Of a stretch of 64,000 nucleotides of DNA, positions 49,893 through 62,732 are shown piece after piece (the stretch's first letter is position 1; the number at the start of each line of letters is the position of its first letter). The stretch comes from a candidate division WOR-3 bacterium (GTDB lineage Bacteria > Hydrothermota > Hydrothermia > LBFQ01), in NCBI GenBank assembly GCA_039802605.1, contig JBDRWW010000002.1, positions 1 through 64,000 of the forward strand, given 5' to 3'. The position numbers were made by a program, and so were the translations under genes. Under the pieces are notes generated by a model that saw only the letters and a program-made list of their open reading frames with translations, did not search any database and was not told the DNA's origin.

Positions 49893-50342
49893 CTTCTGGT
49901 TTCGTTTGATAAACATAAAAACCTCTTAAAACTTTTTCGGGAATTCAGGGATAACGAGGAAAAATACGATAAGGTTTTAAAGGAGTTTGAGAACTTTTTA
50001 AACCTCGAAGAGGAGCCCATAACTTATAGGGCTATGGCCTTTGATGTTTTGAGAACGGCGGCATTAGAAAATCCCAGGGATTTAAGGTATGAACCATATA
50101 TAAGGAGACTCGTGGAAAAACTTTTGAGGTTTAAAACTTTAAGAAAACACCTCATTTACGATTTTGAGTATTTGTTCGGGGAGTATTTCTATTCGGAACA
50201 CATATACCCAATAGCCCTAATCTTTTGGAATACCCTAAACGAATTGGGCGCATACGATTCTTTGGAAAGAATAAAGAAAGAAATCCTATCATCGCGGGTT
50301 GAGGATTGGATAAATAGGGCAAAGGATATGGGTATATTATGA
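49893..50342 (+). CDS. Hypothetical alpha-helical protein (start uncertain; ORF-track start lies inside the tRNA)
   Basis: Open frame with genome-typical codon and amino-acid usage, coupled to the next gene by ATGA. Confidence 0.6.
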   Translation, partial: LLVSFDKHKNLLKLFREFRDNEEKYDKVLKEFENFLNLEEEPITYRAMAFDVLRTAALENPRDLRYEPYIRRLVEKLLRFKTLRKHLIYDFEYLFGEYFYSEHIYPIALIFWNTLNELGAYDSLERIKKEILSSRVEDWINRAKDMGIL

Positions 50343-50875
50343 TACAGTTGGGAATTGCCCTTTTGCTGTTCCTTATACACTTGTACTATGCGCATTTTAA
50401 AAGGGATTTGAGGCCGGGGGCGATAGCCATAATATTCATGCACTTGTTTGCAATATGGGGGATATTTTCCATTTTTGGGAATATAAAGGGTGCTATAATA
50501 AGCGTAATAGTAATAACCGCTTTGATGGGTATATCCACGATTGTTTATATTTTTCAGAACCTCAGGCTTTCGGATGAAAGGTTAAAGTTTAAAAGGGAGG
50601 TTGATGAACTTTATGAGAGGGTATGGGAAATCGTTGAGGGTTATGGCGACCCTTTTGAGTTTATAAAGGATTTTGATAGGGTATGGATTTTATCCAAAAC
50701 ACTTGGGGATGATGAGGATAAGGAAAAACTTGAAAAAATATTGGTAATAATCCAAAACCGTAGGGATGTATTTGCCTTAGAAGAAATTTATCAATACGCC
50801 CTTAAGAAAGGAATACCCAAGAAAAGGTGGTGGTTTTACCTTTGGGAGTTGGAAAGGAATGCGACCAATATTTGA
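50339..50875 (+). CDS. Hypothetical protein, 3 N-terminal TM helices plus soluble helical domain
   Basis: Hydrophobic N-terminal 70 aa; ends IPKKRWWFYLWE. Confidence 0.65.
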   Translation: MIQLGIALLLFLIHLYYAHFKRDLRPGAIAIIFMHLFAIWGIFSIFGNIKGAIISVIVITALMGISTIVYIFQNLRLSDERLKFKREVDELYERVWEIVEGYGDPFEFIKDFDRVWILSKTLGDDEDKEKLEKILVIIQNRRDVFALEEIYQYALKKGIPKKRWWFYLWELERNATNI

Positions 50876-51737
50876 AAGTGTCTATCCCGTCTTTTACGAA
50901 TACGCAAAGAAGAGACTTAAAATCGTTAAAGAATTGGGAGATTTCTTTATAATAAGGAAGGCTGGCAAAAATCTAAGGCTTCACTTTGCAATTGACGATT
51001 TCATAGATTGGTGGGATTACGATATCGAACCGAAAGTGTTGGAGAGTTGGCTTAAAGAGGAGGTTTATACAAAGGCCATTTTTAAATGGTTACCGGAAAA
51101 TTCAAAGTTTAAACAAGCCCTTGAAAATTTACCTTTAAAACCCGATAAGGTTTATGAAGGCAAGGTTTATTACTTAAACCTTGAAGAAATTAACGATGAA
51201 GACAAACTCCTAAAAAATATTACTAAAAATCGCCGTAGGGATTTAAAAAATATGATAAATAGGTTAAACAAAGCGGGAAGTTGGAATATGTTTTCAGCAG
51301 ATATAAACGACATTTGGGATGAAATGATAAGGTTTATAAACCTCAGATTTCCAAACAGCCCTTTTAAAGATAAAGTTTTTTCCGAAACCGTAAAAAATGC
51401 CCTGTCAAGTTTGAAAAAGGGTGTATGGGCTTTAAGGTTAAATAACCAAAACATTGCCTATTCCATAGTTTTAGAGGATAAAGGTATAGCATACTGGTAC
51501 TTAAAAGCCTTTAACCCAGAGTTTTCATACTTTTCCCCTGCAAAAATTTTACTTTACAAAATGATTTTACACTATCAAAAGATAGGTTTCAAAGAGTTTA
51601 ACTTTATGAAGGGTGAAAGTCAATATAAGGAATGGTGGGCAAAGGATTACAAAAAGATTTACAGATGCGAATACCTAAACCCTTCAATTCTCAAAAGGGC
51701 TATTAGTATTTTTATAAGCGGTATAAACCTCGTGTAA
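50859..51737 (+). CDS. GNAT-family acetyltransferase (CelD/BcsL-like)
   Basis: YWYLKAFNPEFSYFSPAKILL...FNFMKGESQYKEWWA. Confidence 0.8.
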   Translation: MRPIFESVYPVFYEYAKKRLKIVKELGDFFIIRKAGKNLRLHFAIDDFIDWWDYDIEPKVLESWLKEEVYTKAIFKWLPENSKFKQALENLPLKPDKVYEGKVYYLNLEEINDEDKLLKNITKNRRRDLKNMINRLNKAGSWNMFSADINDIWDEMIRFINLRFPNSPFKDKVFSETVKNALSSLKKGVWALRLNNQNIAYSIVLEDKGIAYWYLKAFNPEFSYFSPAKILLYKMILHYQKIGFKEFNFMKGESQYKEWWAKDYKKIYRCEYLNPSILKRAISIFISGINLV

Positions 51738-52589
51738 TGTTCCGGGTTTGTATCCCTTATCAATTATTGCCGGTATAATGTTTTCCAAATTCTTCCTTGT
51801 AAATTCTGCATCATAAGGGCTTAAACCCGGTATTACCTCCATATTGTGCATAAACATGTTTAAAACCATATCGCCAAATGTTTTTTCCAAATCCTCAACG
51901 AGTTTTAGCATACTTTTATAATCAAACAAAGAAGGCCTAAGCCATATGGGTCCAAATCTTGAAACCACTTTTCTAAACCTCCCCCACCCGTAAAATGGCG
52001 TATTCCTCAAAACCTTAAAGAGGTTCCAGTTTTTAGTATAAGATGTTATGGGCACTTCAAGTATGTTTTTAACAAAATATGGGATTGGGGGAATGGGGGG
52101 ATGTCCGAAGGAATAAGGTGTTATACTTGAATCAACCGTATAACCCAATTTTTCCAAAAAATCAAATGTTCTATCCGTTATTGAAAACCTACCCGCCCTA
52201 TAAGATGCGGGACGGAATCCGAATACATTTATAAATAAATCTGTAAGATTTTTTAATTTTTGATATTCCACTTCATCATCGTAATTCTCGGCCTTTTCAT
52301 CGGTTTTATAAGCATTTGGGTTTGAAAGGGGTTCAAGGAATTCCCCGTGCAAATGAGTCCCCAATTCCGCCCCGCTTTTTTCAACATCCTTTAAAATCTC
52401 AACGCTTTTATCATCCCCCATAACCTCCGGACTTATAAGGTATGTGGCTTTAATCTTGTGCTTTTCAAACAATGGTTGTAAGTATTCCCCCACCCCCTTA
52501 TATATACCGACAAAGGAGAGGGGTCTTATTATTTCCCAGTTCCTCCCCTTATCGCACTCCGTGTCTATGGATATAACGAAGAGTTTCAA
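51684..52589 (-). CDS. Polysaccharide deacetylase (WalW-like)
   Basis: ISIDTECD, ELGTHLH, SYRAGRF, VDSSITP, FMHNME. Start set at TTG 52589 after TACAAT. Confidence 0.85.
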   Translation of the reverse strand: MKLFVISIDTECDKGRNWEIIRPLSFVGIYKGVGEYLQPLFEKHKIKATYLISPEVMGDDKSVEILKDVEKSGAELGTHLHGEFLEPLSNPNAYKTDEKAENYDDEVEYQKLKNLTDLFINVFGFRPASYRAGRFSITDRTFDFLEKLGYTVDSSITPYSFGHPPIPPIPYFVKNILEVPITSYTKNWNLFKVLRNTPFYGWGRFRKVVSRFGPIWLRPSLFDYKSMLKLVEDLEKTFGDMVLNMFMHNMEVIPGLSPYDAEFTRKNLENIIPAIIDKGYKPGTLHEVYTAYKNTNSPFEN

Positions 52590-52615
52590 ATAAAGTATTG
52601 TAAAGGGGAAAATTT

Positions 52616-55600
52616 TCATTTTACCAATACCTTCCAAACCCTTGAACCCTCACCACTCGTAATTTTAACCATATAGACGCCCTTAGGATATGTCAGATCA
52701 ACCTCAACGCCGTTTAACCCTTCAAACTCCCCAACCATCCTACCCGCTACGGAATAAACCTTAACCCTTATAAGCCCCTTTCCGAAAACCCTTAAAGTTC
52801 TCCTGCTTATCTCAACATCGGTTTTCCTTTGCGTATTTCCCGCAACACCGCTTGTTGTTATATCGTTATCCATCCTTATAGGCGAGTTTGTGGCCCATGC
52901 GTTAAACCTAAACATATCCCATATGGGGTTGCTCCTTGAAACTTCCCAAGAGAATAGCATGTTCCCATAAATGGGTGCGAATAGGTATGATTTGCCACCG
53001 TAGGTTATCATGGTTGGGGCGGAGACGACGGAATAGTTTCTGTACTTATTGTTATCGGAAAGGTTTATGGGGAAGCCCTTATAGTTTTTACCTCCAAGGG
53101 AATAAGCGTTCAAATATCCGTGGGAGTTTGATATTAGTATTTCCTGTTTGCCGTCGTTGTCTATATCAACCACAATCGGATGCCTGATAGTCGGATACAA
53201 TTCCCTTATCGTATCAAGCATAACCAGCTGATCACCAACCCACTTATACACACCCAACTGTATATTGTTATAGAAAGCCAATTCATACTTTCCATCCCCA
53301 TCAAAATCAACGGGTATGCAATAGGAGTTTGGATAATACGCGGAAGAATCCCTAAGGAGTATATCGCCGTTTTTGGATATTATATAATTTCTATGTCCGC
53401 ATACCACTATCTCCGCATCCCCATCAAAGTTCATATCCCATACGAATAGGTGCCTCGTATAATGCATCCCTATGGGTGCCTTTAGAACTACGGGAAAACC
53501 GGGTTTTTCGTTAAGGTTTTTATCCAACATATAAACCAGTGTATCCGTTTTGAATACTATCTCCCAATTTCCATCCCCATCAAAGTCGTATGTAGCGGGG
53601 AAGGAAAGCATATACCAGGGCTCGGATATAATAAACCTGCGATAAGAATATACACTTCCATCCGTAGTATCCAAAACATACATCCCACCACCTCCGGAAA
53701 TCGCAACAACATAAGCTTTATCCATATCAAGCATAGAGGCCATTAAGAATTTCGGAGTGGTATCGCTTTCTCCACCGTTGAGTTTTGTATTCCACTTAAC
53801 CGTGCCGTCGTATTTTATCATTCTAACATAACCGTCTTCCGTCCCTACGACTATATAATGGCCTATTACTATCGGGGTTGTTGTGATCCTTGTGGGAAGG
53901 TTTATAGTGTTTATATTGTTTCCGTAAAAATCAAGGATGTAGAGTTTGTTAAATGCAGATGCAATTACTATTTCCGGCTCCGATGTTGATGGTATCAGTT
54001 GAGACACTATCGGCGATGAGTTTTCCGGATATTCGCTTCCGGAATTCTTTATGAGTTCAATATCCAGTGCAAACCTCATTCTTGGGTTGGCCCTGAGGGT
54101 TATAGTATCCGAAGGAGGCCCTTCAATTCCTCCAACTACGGGTGTTATGAAAAATGCGTGGTCTTCAAAGTCGTTTAATGGTATTTCCACTCTACCACCC
54201 TTAACCGTGGCTATGCTTAATGGAAAGTTATCCATATAAACCTTCCACCTTACAGTTGTATCCCCTCCAACCCATGCCAAGGATATACCGTTTGTTGTGG
54301 GTTCTCCGAATATGCTGTCCGCCCTAAGATTAACCGTATCTATAACTATTTTCACATCACCCTGAAATACCTTCCCGTTGTATATGTAAAATCTCAAACT
54401 ATCCCCCAAATTTGCCTTAACCTTGAACATCCATCTATAAAGGGATGAAGAGTTTGGCATCAAAGGTGGGAATTCTTTAACGTTATGCCTTTCCTCCAAG
54501 CCTTTGGCATATGTATTTATAACCCTTGTAATCTTTATCGTATCACTAACCGTTTCACCCAAGTTTATGAAGTCAAACATTAACAGAATACTATCCCCCA
54601 CCGGGTACCATTTGGCGGACCTGAAAACAATCCTTGAAACCCTCGGCTTTATTGTCGCTTTATAAACCCCATCGCCGTAATGTATTGTGAAGTTTGTTGG
54701 GGAATCTTCCGTAAATTCAACCAGATATTCAACTTTTGTGGTGGAGTTTGCTTTGATGGTTATGGTTCCGGGTTGGAGTAGTATCCTCGCTTTATCCGAT
54801 GAAAGTATAGGCCTTATAATCACATCTTTGTTCCCTATATTTGAAAATACTGCTATATACGCTATCAACCCTTACATAGTTTCCCGAAAATACGCTTGTG
54901 AAGCTGTCTATCTTTAAAGGTTGTCCCTCCACATTCACACCCCAATAAACTTTATTACCCCTTGGGACATTGTATGTAAGCATAACCTCGCCGTTTTCAT
55001 CGGTATAACCTTTGCTTACAACCCTTCCGCCATCCGTTATAACAACCTTTGCCCCAACAATCGGGGATTTATCGGGCTTATAAACCCAGAATTTGACCTT
55101 TCCGTCCATTACGGTTGTTTTAACCTTGAAGGGTGAAGATTTATCCGTAAATACCCTAACAAGGGGATCCCCCACCAAATGATAGGAAAATGTTAAGTAT
55201 CTATAAAGCGGGGAGTAATAGGCCACGGAACTCAAATAAATTTTCATAACATTGAAGAGATAACCCACCGTTGGGGGTTCCTTTGAGGTATTCAGACTGT
55301 CGTAAAATACCCAATACAGGGAATAAACGGACATGGTAAAATCCGCCTTAGAAGAACCTATAGAGGCCGCGGCTTTACCCCTCATTACAAATTCCTTACC
55401 TACGGAACTTGAAAAGGGCTCGTTTCCAAAGCAGGCCGCAAGACCCACAACCGAAAGGTTTGTGTTTTCTATGTTATCCACATCGCCGTATTCAAAAACA
55501 TCGTTATAATATAGATTCCTATTCACCAAAACCCTATGGTTTGCATGCATTAAGAAAAACGCAACGGCTGGGTTTGTTGAACTTATACTGTCCGTTATAA

Positions 55601-56659
55601 CCCTTGAATCCTTCTCGCATACGAACTTAATGTTGCTCCTCGGAAATGAAGTTAGCCTTTGTGAGAGGTCGTAAATTGATATACAACCATCAGCGCTGTC
55701 TTCGGGTACTGTTGGAGAGCCGAAGAGGTTTGCCGAGAAGAAATTAAAGGAATAGTCGGAATTTGATACATATGTTTGGTGTTTTATAACCGTTTGGACA
55801 TATACTTCAACCTCTTGGGGTGTTGTTGCTGGAAACCTACCAACCACAATATCCGGTACAAAATCCACAGAATCCATATCCCCATACCAATAGTTTCCGT
55901 CCGTATTCCAATCCCCATCAAGGGCGGCGTAATAAAAGTCCGTTAAAACGGTATTTCCGTAGGCTATTTCATATGGCCCACTGAAAAGTGGCACATAAGA
56001 CCTCAAAGGGGGTATTTTGTAAGCATCCGCACCTATTAAAACCGCCGAAATCCCCCAATTACTATAAGCAAACTTTAAGAAGTTGCGAATCTTTTCCTGT
56101 ATCCCGTTGCCCTCAAAATTTTGATTTATCCATTCAACGGTAAATATTTTCCCATTAAAACCTTCAAGGGAATGCAGGTTTATTAAGGGGACATTATACC
56201 AAGGCCCGCAAAAACCCTTCCCCATATTTTCGGGTTTGAGTATTTTGGTTTATCGTATCTGTACGATGAATTAACCGTTATTACATCAAACTCAACCTCC
56301 TCTACGAGATAGGTTTTCCCGTTTATCACCTTTATAGCGGGTACCAAAACGAAAGCCAAATTATGCCCCCTGAAAAACCCTTGATTTCCGAGAAAGGCTG
56401 AGTTTTGGGGATAAGTCTCGGGTAGATTTCCCATTATGCTTATCGTATCTATAACCTTGGCAAAGCGTATTGGATAGTTTATATGCCTTAACCTCTCGCG
56501 CTTAATCCTAATTTCAGACACCCTTTCGTTATCCCTAAGGTTTATGACCATAACCTTTACGGGAATTTCGGGGTATCCGGGCCCTTTTGCCCATAGGGGG
56601 AGTTTATTTATCTCCCCCTCCTCTACGGCAGCCGTGAATGTTGTGATTATCCACATCAT
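52616..56659 (-). pseudogene. Gingipain-like C25 cysteine peptidase with propeptide, FG-GAP repeats and T9SS-like CTD, split into three ORFs
   Basis: 56183-56659 propeptide (PGYPEIP); 54792-56225 C25 core (IRNFLK, VLIGAD, TDFYYAALDG, VGRFP, His MHAN, Cys AACF, YHLVGDP); 52616-54868 DFDGDG repeats, GFP, VYSVAGR...GVYMV. The ORFs overlap out of frame. Confidence 0.8.
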
Positions 56660-56791
56660 AGACCACTATGTTATACATATTGCTGCATGCGTTCAAGAGG
56701 TTGAATTTTTAAGCCGATTTTTCCCTTGTTGAAACCGGCAAGCAAACGGAGTATAATGTAATGGGATTTTTTACCGTTTTATAATTCCCTC

Positions 56792-57365
56792 TTGTTAAGG
56801 GTTTTGTTGGGTTTTATCTTGGCGTCGGCATTTTGGGGATTTGCCTTTAAAGGACCTCTAAACTTTTGGCTCGGAATATTTATAGCGGCTATTGTAATAA
56901 TTTCATTCGCACTGACCGATAGAAAAACCCTTAGGATTATCCGCCCGGCAAAGGGAGACTTTATGGTGGGCGTAGTTTCCGGAATAGTTATATTTTCGCT
57001 CTTCTTCGTAATATCGCTCATAACGGGGAAATTTTTTCCAGAACTTTATGCTTTTGTTGAGGATGTAAAGGCCTTAAAACACCTGGCGCCAATTCACATA
57101 ACATTTCCGGTTGCAATGTTTGTATCAATAAGTGAAGAGGTTTTTTGGAGGGGGTTTATACAGAGGAGGTTAATGGAAGAATTTGGTAAGTTAAAGGGTT
57201 ATATATTTGCCGTTGTTTTGTATTCCTTGGGGCATGTTTTTACATTCAACTTGGCGTTAATCGTTGCGGCACTCGGGGCTGGGGCATTTTGGGGGTTTTT
57301 ATTCCTATGGAGGAGGGATTTAACTCCCCTTATAATATCCCACATAACCTGGGATGTTATGCTCT

Positions 57366-57382
<17 letters not shown>
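56792..57382 (+). CDS. CPBP (CAAX/Abi) intramembrane metalloprotease
   Basis: SEEVFWRGFIQ, YSLGH, ISHITWD; multiple TM helices. Confidence 0.9.
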
Positions 57383-60690
<3,308 letters not shown>

Positions 60691-60744
60691 AGCGGGGTAT
60701 TATAATGGGGTAATATTTTGATCTTCCGTAGAATTACCACCCAT

Positions 60745-61662
60745 TTGAAAATAGTTTATTTTGGAAGCGGTGAAGTTTCAAAGGGTGTTTTGGAAAACCT
60801 TTTAAGTTTTGTTAAGCCTTTGGCCGTTATAACCAAGCCCGATGCCCCAAAGGGGAGGGGGAAAAGGGTTTTACCGACTCCGGTAAAGGAACTTGCCATA
60901 TCCAAGGGTATTAAGGTGTTAACCCCAAAATCGTTAAAAGATGGGGGATTTTTAAGCGAATTAAAGGCACTAAATCCGGATTTTATAATGCTTGCGGATT
61001 ATGGGGGAATACTTCCAAAAGAAGTGCTTGAAATTCCGAGATTGTACCCCCTTTGCTTTCATCCCTCCCCATTGCCGAAATACAGGGGTGCATCACCCAT
61101 TGAAAGGGCTTTTTTTAATTGTGATGATTTCTTGGGTTTGACGGTTTTCGTCATGAACGAAAAGATTGACGAGGGGGAAATCGTTATGCAGGATAAAATT
61201 CCTTTAAACCCTTGTGAAAACACAAAAGGGGAAGTTCTACCCGAAATTACAAAAAGGGGGGCTAAAATGCTTTACGATTCCGCAAATATGATATTGGAAG
61301 GGTTTAGGAATTTCAAACCGCAAATTGGAGAATCTTCCTATGCCCCGAGATTAAAAAGGGAAGAGGAATTTATAAATCCCAATGAAGGTGTAAAGAGAAC
61401 CGTGGGGAAGATTAACGGGCTATCTCCAAAACCCGGGGCGAGGTATGTTTGGAGGGGTAAAAACTTAAAACTATTAAAGGCAAGGCCTTATCGGGATGGG
61501 TTTATAAAGGGTGATATAGGGGAATTCTTTTACGAAAAGGGGGAGAAAAAATTGCTCCTTATTTGTTCGGATGGGTGTGCGGAAATAATAACGGTTAAGG
61601 TTGAGGGGAAAAATCCAATAAGCGGATACGATTTTGCAAACGGTTATTTAAAACAACCTTAA
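60745..61662 (+). CDS. fmt: Methionyl-tRNA formyltransferase
   Basis: VITKPDAPKGRG, HPSPLPKYRGASPI, DEG, SYAP, LSPKPGA. Start set at TTG 60745. Confidence 0.92.
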   Translation: MKIVYFGSGEVSKGVLENLLSFVKPLAVITKPDAPKGRGKRVLPTPVKELAISKGIKVLTPKSLKDGGFLSELKALNPDFIMLADYGGILPKEVLEIPRLYPLCFHPSPLPKYRGASPIERAFFNCDDFLGLTVFVMNEKIDEGEIVMQDKIPLNPCENTKGEVLPEITKRGAKMLYDSANMILEGFRNFKPQIGESSYAPRLKREEEFINPNEGVKRTVGKINGLSPKPGARYVWRGKNLKLLKARPYRDGFIKGDIGEFFYEKGEKKLLLICSDGCAEIITVKVEGKNPISGYDFANGYLKQP

Positions 61663-61672
61663 AATTCCAACT

Positions 61673-61930
61673 ATGTTAAGGTGGTTATCGGCTTTTTTAA
61701 TTCTCTTTATAGGTTGTGCCACCGTACCCAAGGGTTATGTTAAAAGGGTTGAGAAATTGGAAAGGGAAGTTGATAGTTTGAGGATGGAGATAAAGAGGTT
61801 GAAGGAGGTTGCAAGAGCTTTGGCCGACAGTACGGAAAAATCCGAAGAGTATTACAATCAAATTTACGATTACATATACAAGGAGTACGAGAGGAGGGGA
61901 AGCCCAATAAGACCATCAAAGGCAAAATAA
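61673..61930 (+). CDS. Small coiled-coil lipoprotein
   Basis: Lipobox FIG-C after a hydrophobic stretch, followed by a heptad coiled coil. Confidence 0.75.
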   Translation: MLRWLSAFLILFIGCATVPKGYVKRVEKLEREVDSLRMEIKRLKEVARALADSTEKSEEYYNQIYDYIYKEYERRGSPIRPSKAK

Positions 61931-61931
61931 T

Positions 61932-62732
61932 TTGGAAATACTAAACAATATAAGTTCCCAAAGATACAACAACCTTTTGGAGTTTTTGGCCTTTTTGGGT
62001 GTTTATGACGATGAGGAAAGGTTGAGAGTTTATAAGGAACTGATTGAAGGGGTAGGAGTTAAGGATAAGGTTGTTGTGGAACTCGGGGCGGGTTTTGGAT
62101 ACTTATCGGTTTTTGCATCGGAAATGGGGGCAAGGCGCGTTTATGCCGTTGAAAGAAACCCTTATGTTTTCAAAATTTTGAAAAAGAATGTTAAAGGATA
62201 CAAGAATATCCAACCCATAAAAGCCGACGCCTTAAAGTTCGATCCGGGGGAGGAAGTTGATGTTTTAATACACGACTTTTACGGCCCCCTACTCTACGAC
62301 GAATCCCTTTACATACTTGATAACTTAAAGTTTAAACCAAAAGCGGTTATACCGAACGGTGGGGTTTTAAAATGTGGGGTTTTGGAACTTGAAAGGATAG
62401 GAGACCCTACGGTTGATATAGATGTTTTAAAGACCTTCAAAAACATTTTGGTGGCGGATCTGTTTGATTATTACATTAAACCCAAAAGGGAGTTTTTGGT
62501 GGCGAGTTGGGAATTCGGTAAGGGTTTAAAAACCTTTCAACCCGAAATTCCTAAAACCGGTGAGGTTTTGGTTTTCTGGTTGGAGATTTTACACAACGGT
62601 AAGACCTTATGCTCTTCGTACGATTGCAGAAATTGGCCACTTGTGTTTACATACAACCAAGGTGGAAGGTTTATCCTTAAATTTTCTTGGCGGGGTGATT
62701 ATTCCGTTGTGCGTTTTGGGTGGATTACCTAA
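61932..62732 (+). CDS. Class I SAM-dependent methyltransferase, PRMT-like
   Basis: DEERLRVY, VVELGAGFGYLSVFA...GARRVYAVE, VDVLIHDFYGPLLYDE, VIP. Confidence 0.8.
   Translation: MEILNNISSQRYNNLLEFLAFLGVYDDEERLRVYKELIEGVGVKDKVVVELGAGFGYLSVFASEMGARRVYAVERNPYVFKILKKNVKGYKNIQPIKADALKFDPGEEVDVLIHDFYGPLLYDESLYILDNLKFKPKAVIPNGGVLKCGVLELERIGDPTVDIDVLKTFKNILVADLFDYYIKPKREFLVASWEFGKGLKTFQPEIPKTGEVLVFWLEILHNGKTLCSSYDCRNWPLVFTYNQGGRFILKFSWRGDYSVVRFGWIT

Noticed and set aside
49811..50020. 69-aa minus-strand ORF, and the tRNA-overlapping start of ORF 49866
   Set aside because: Both overlap a well-formed tRNA gene; shadow translations.
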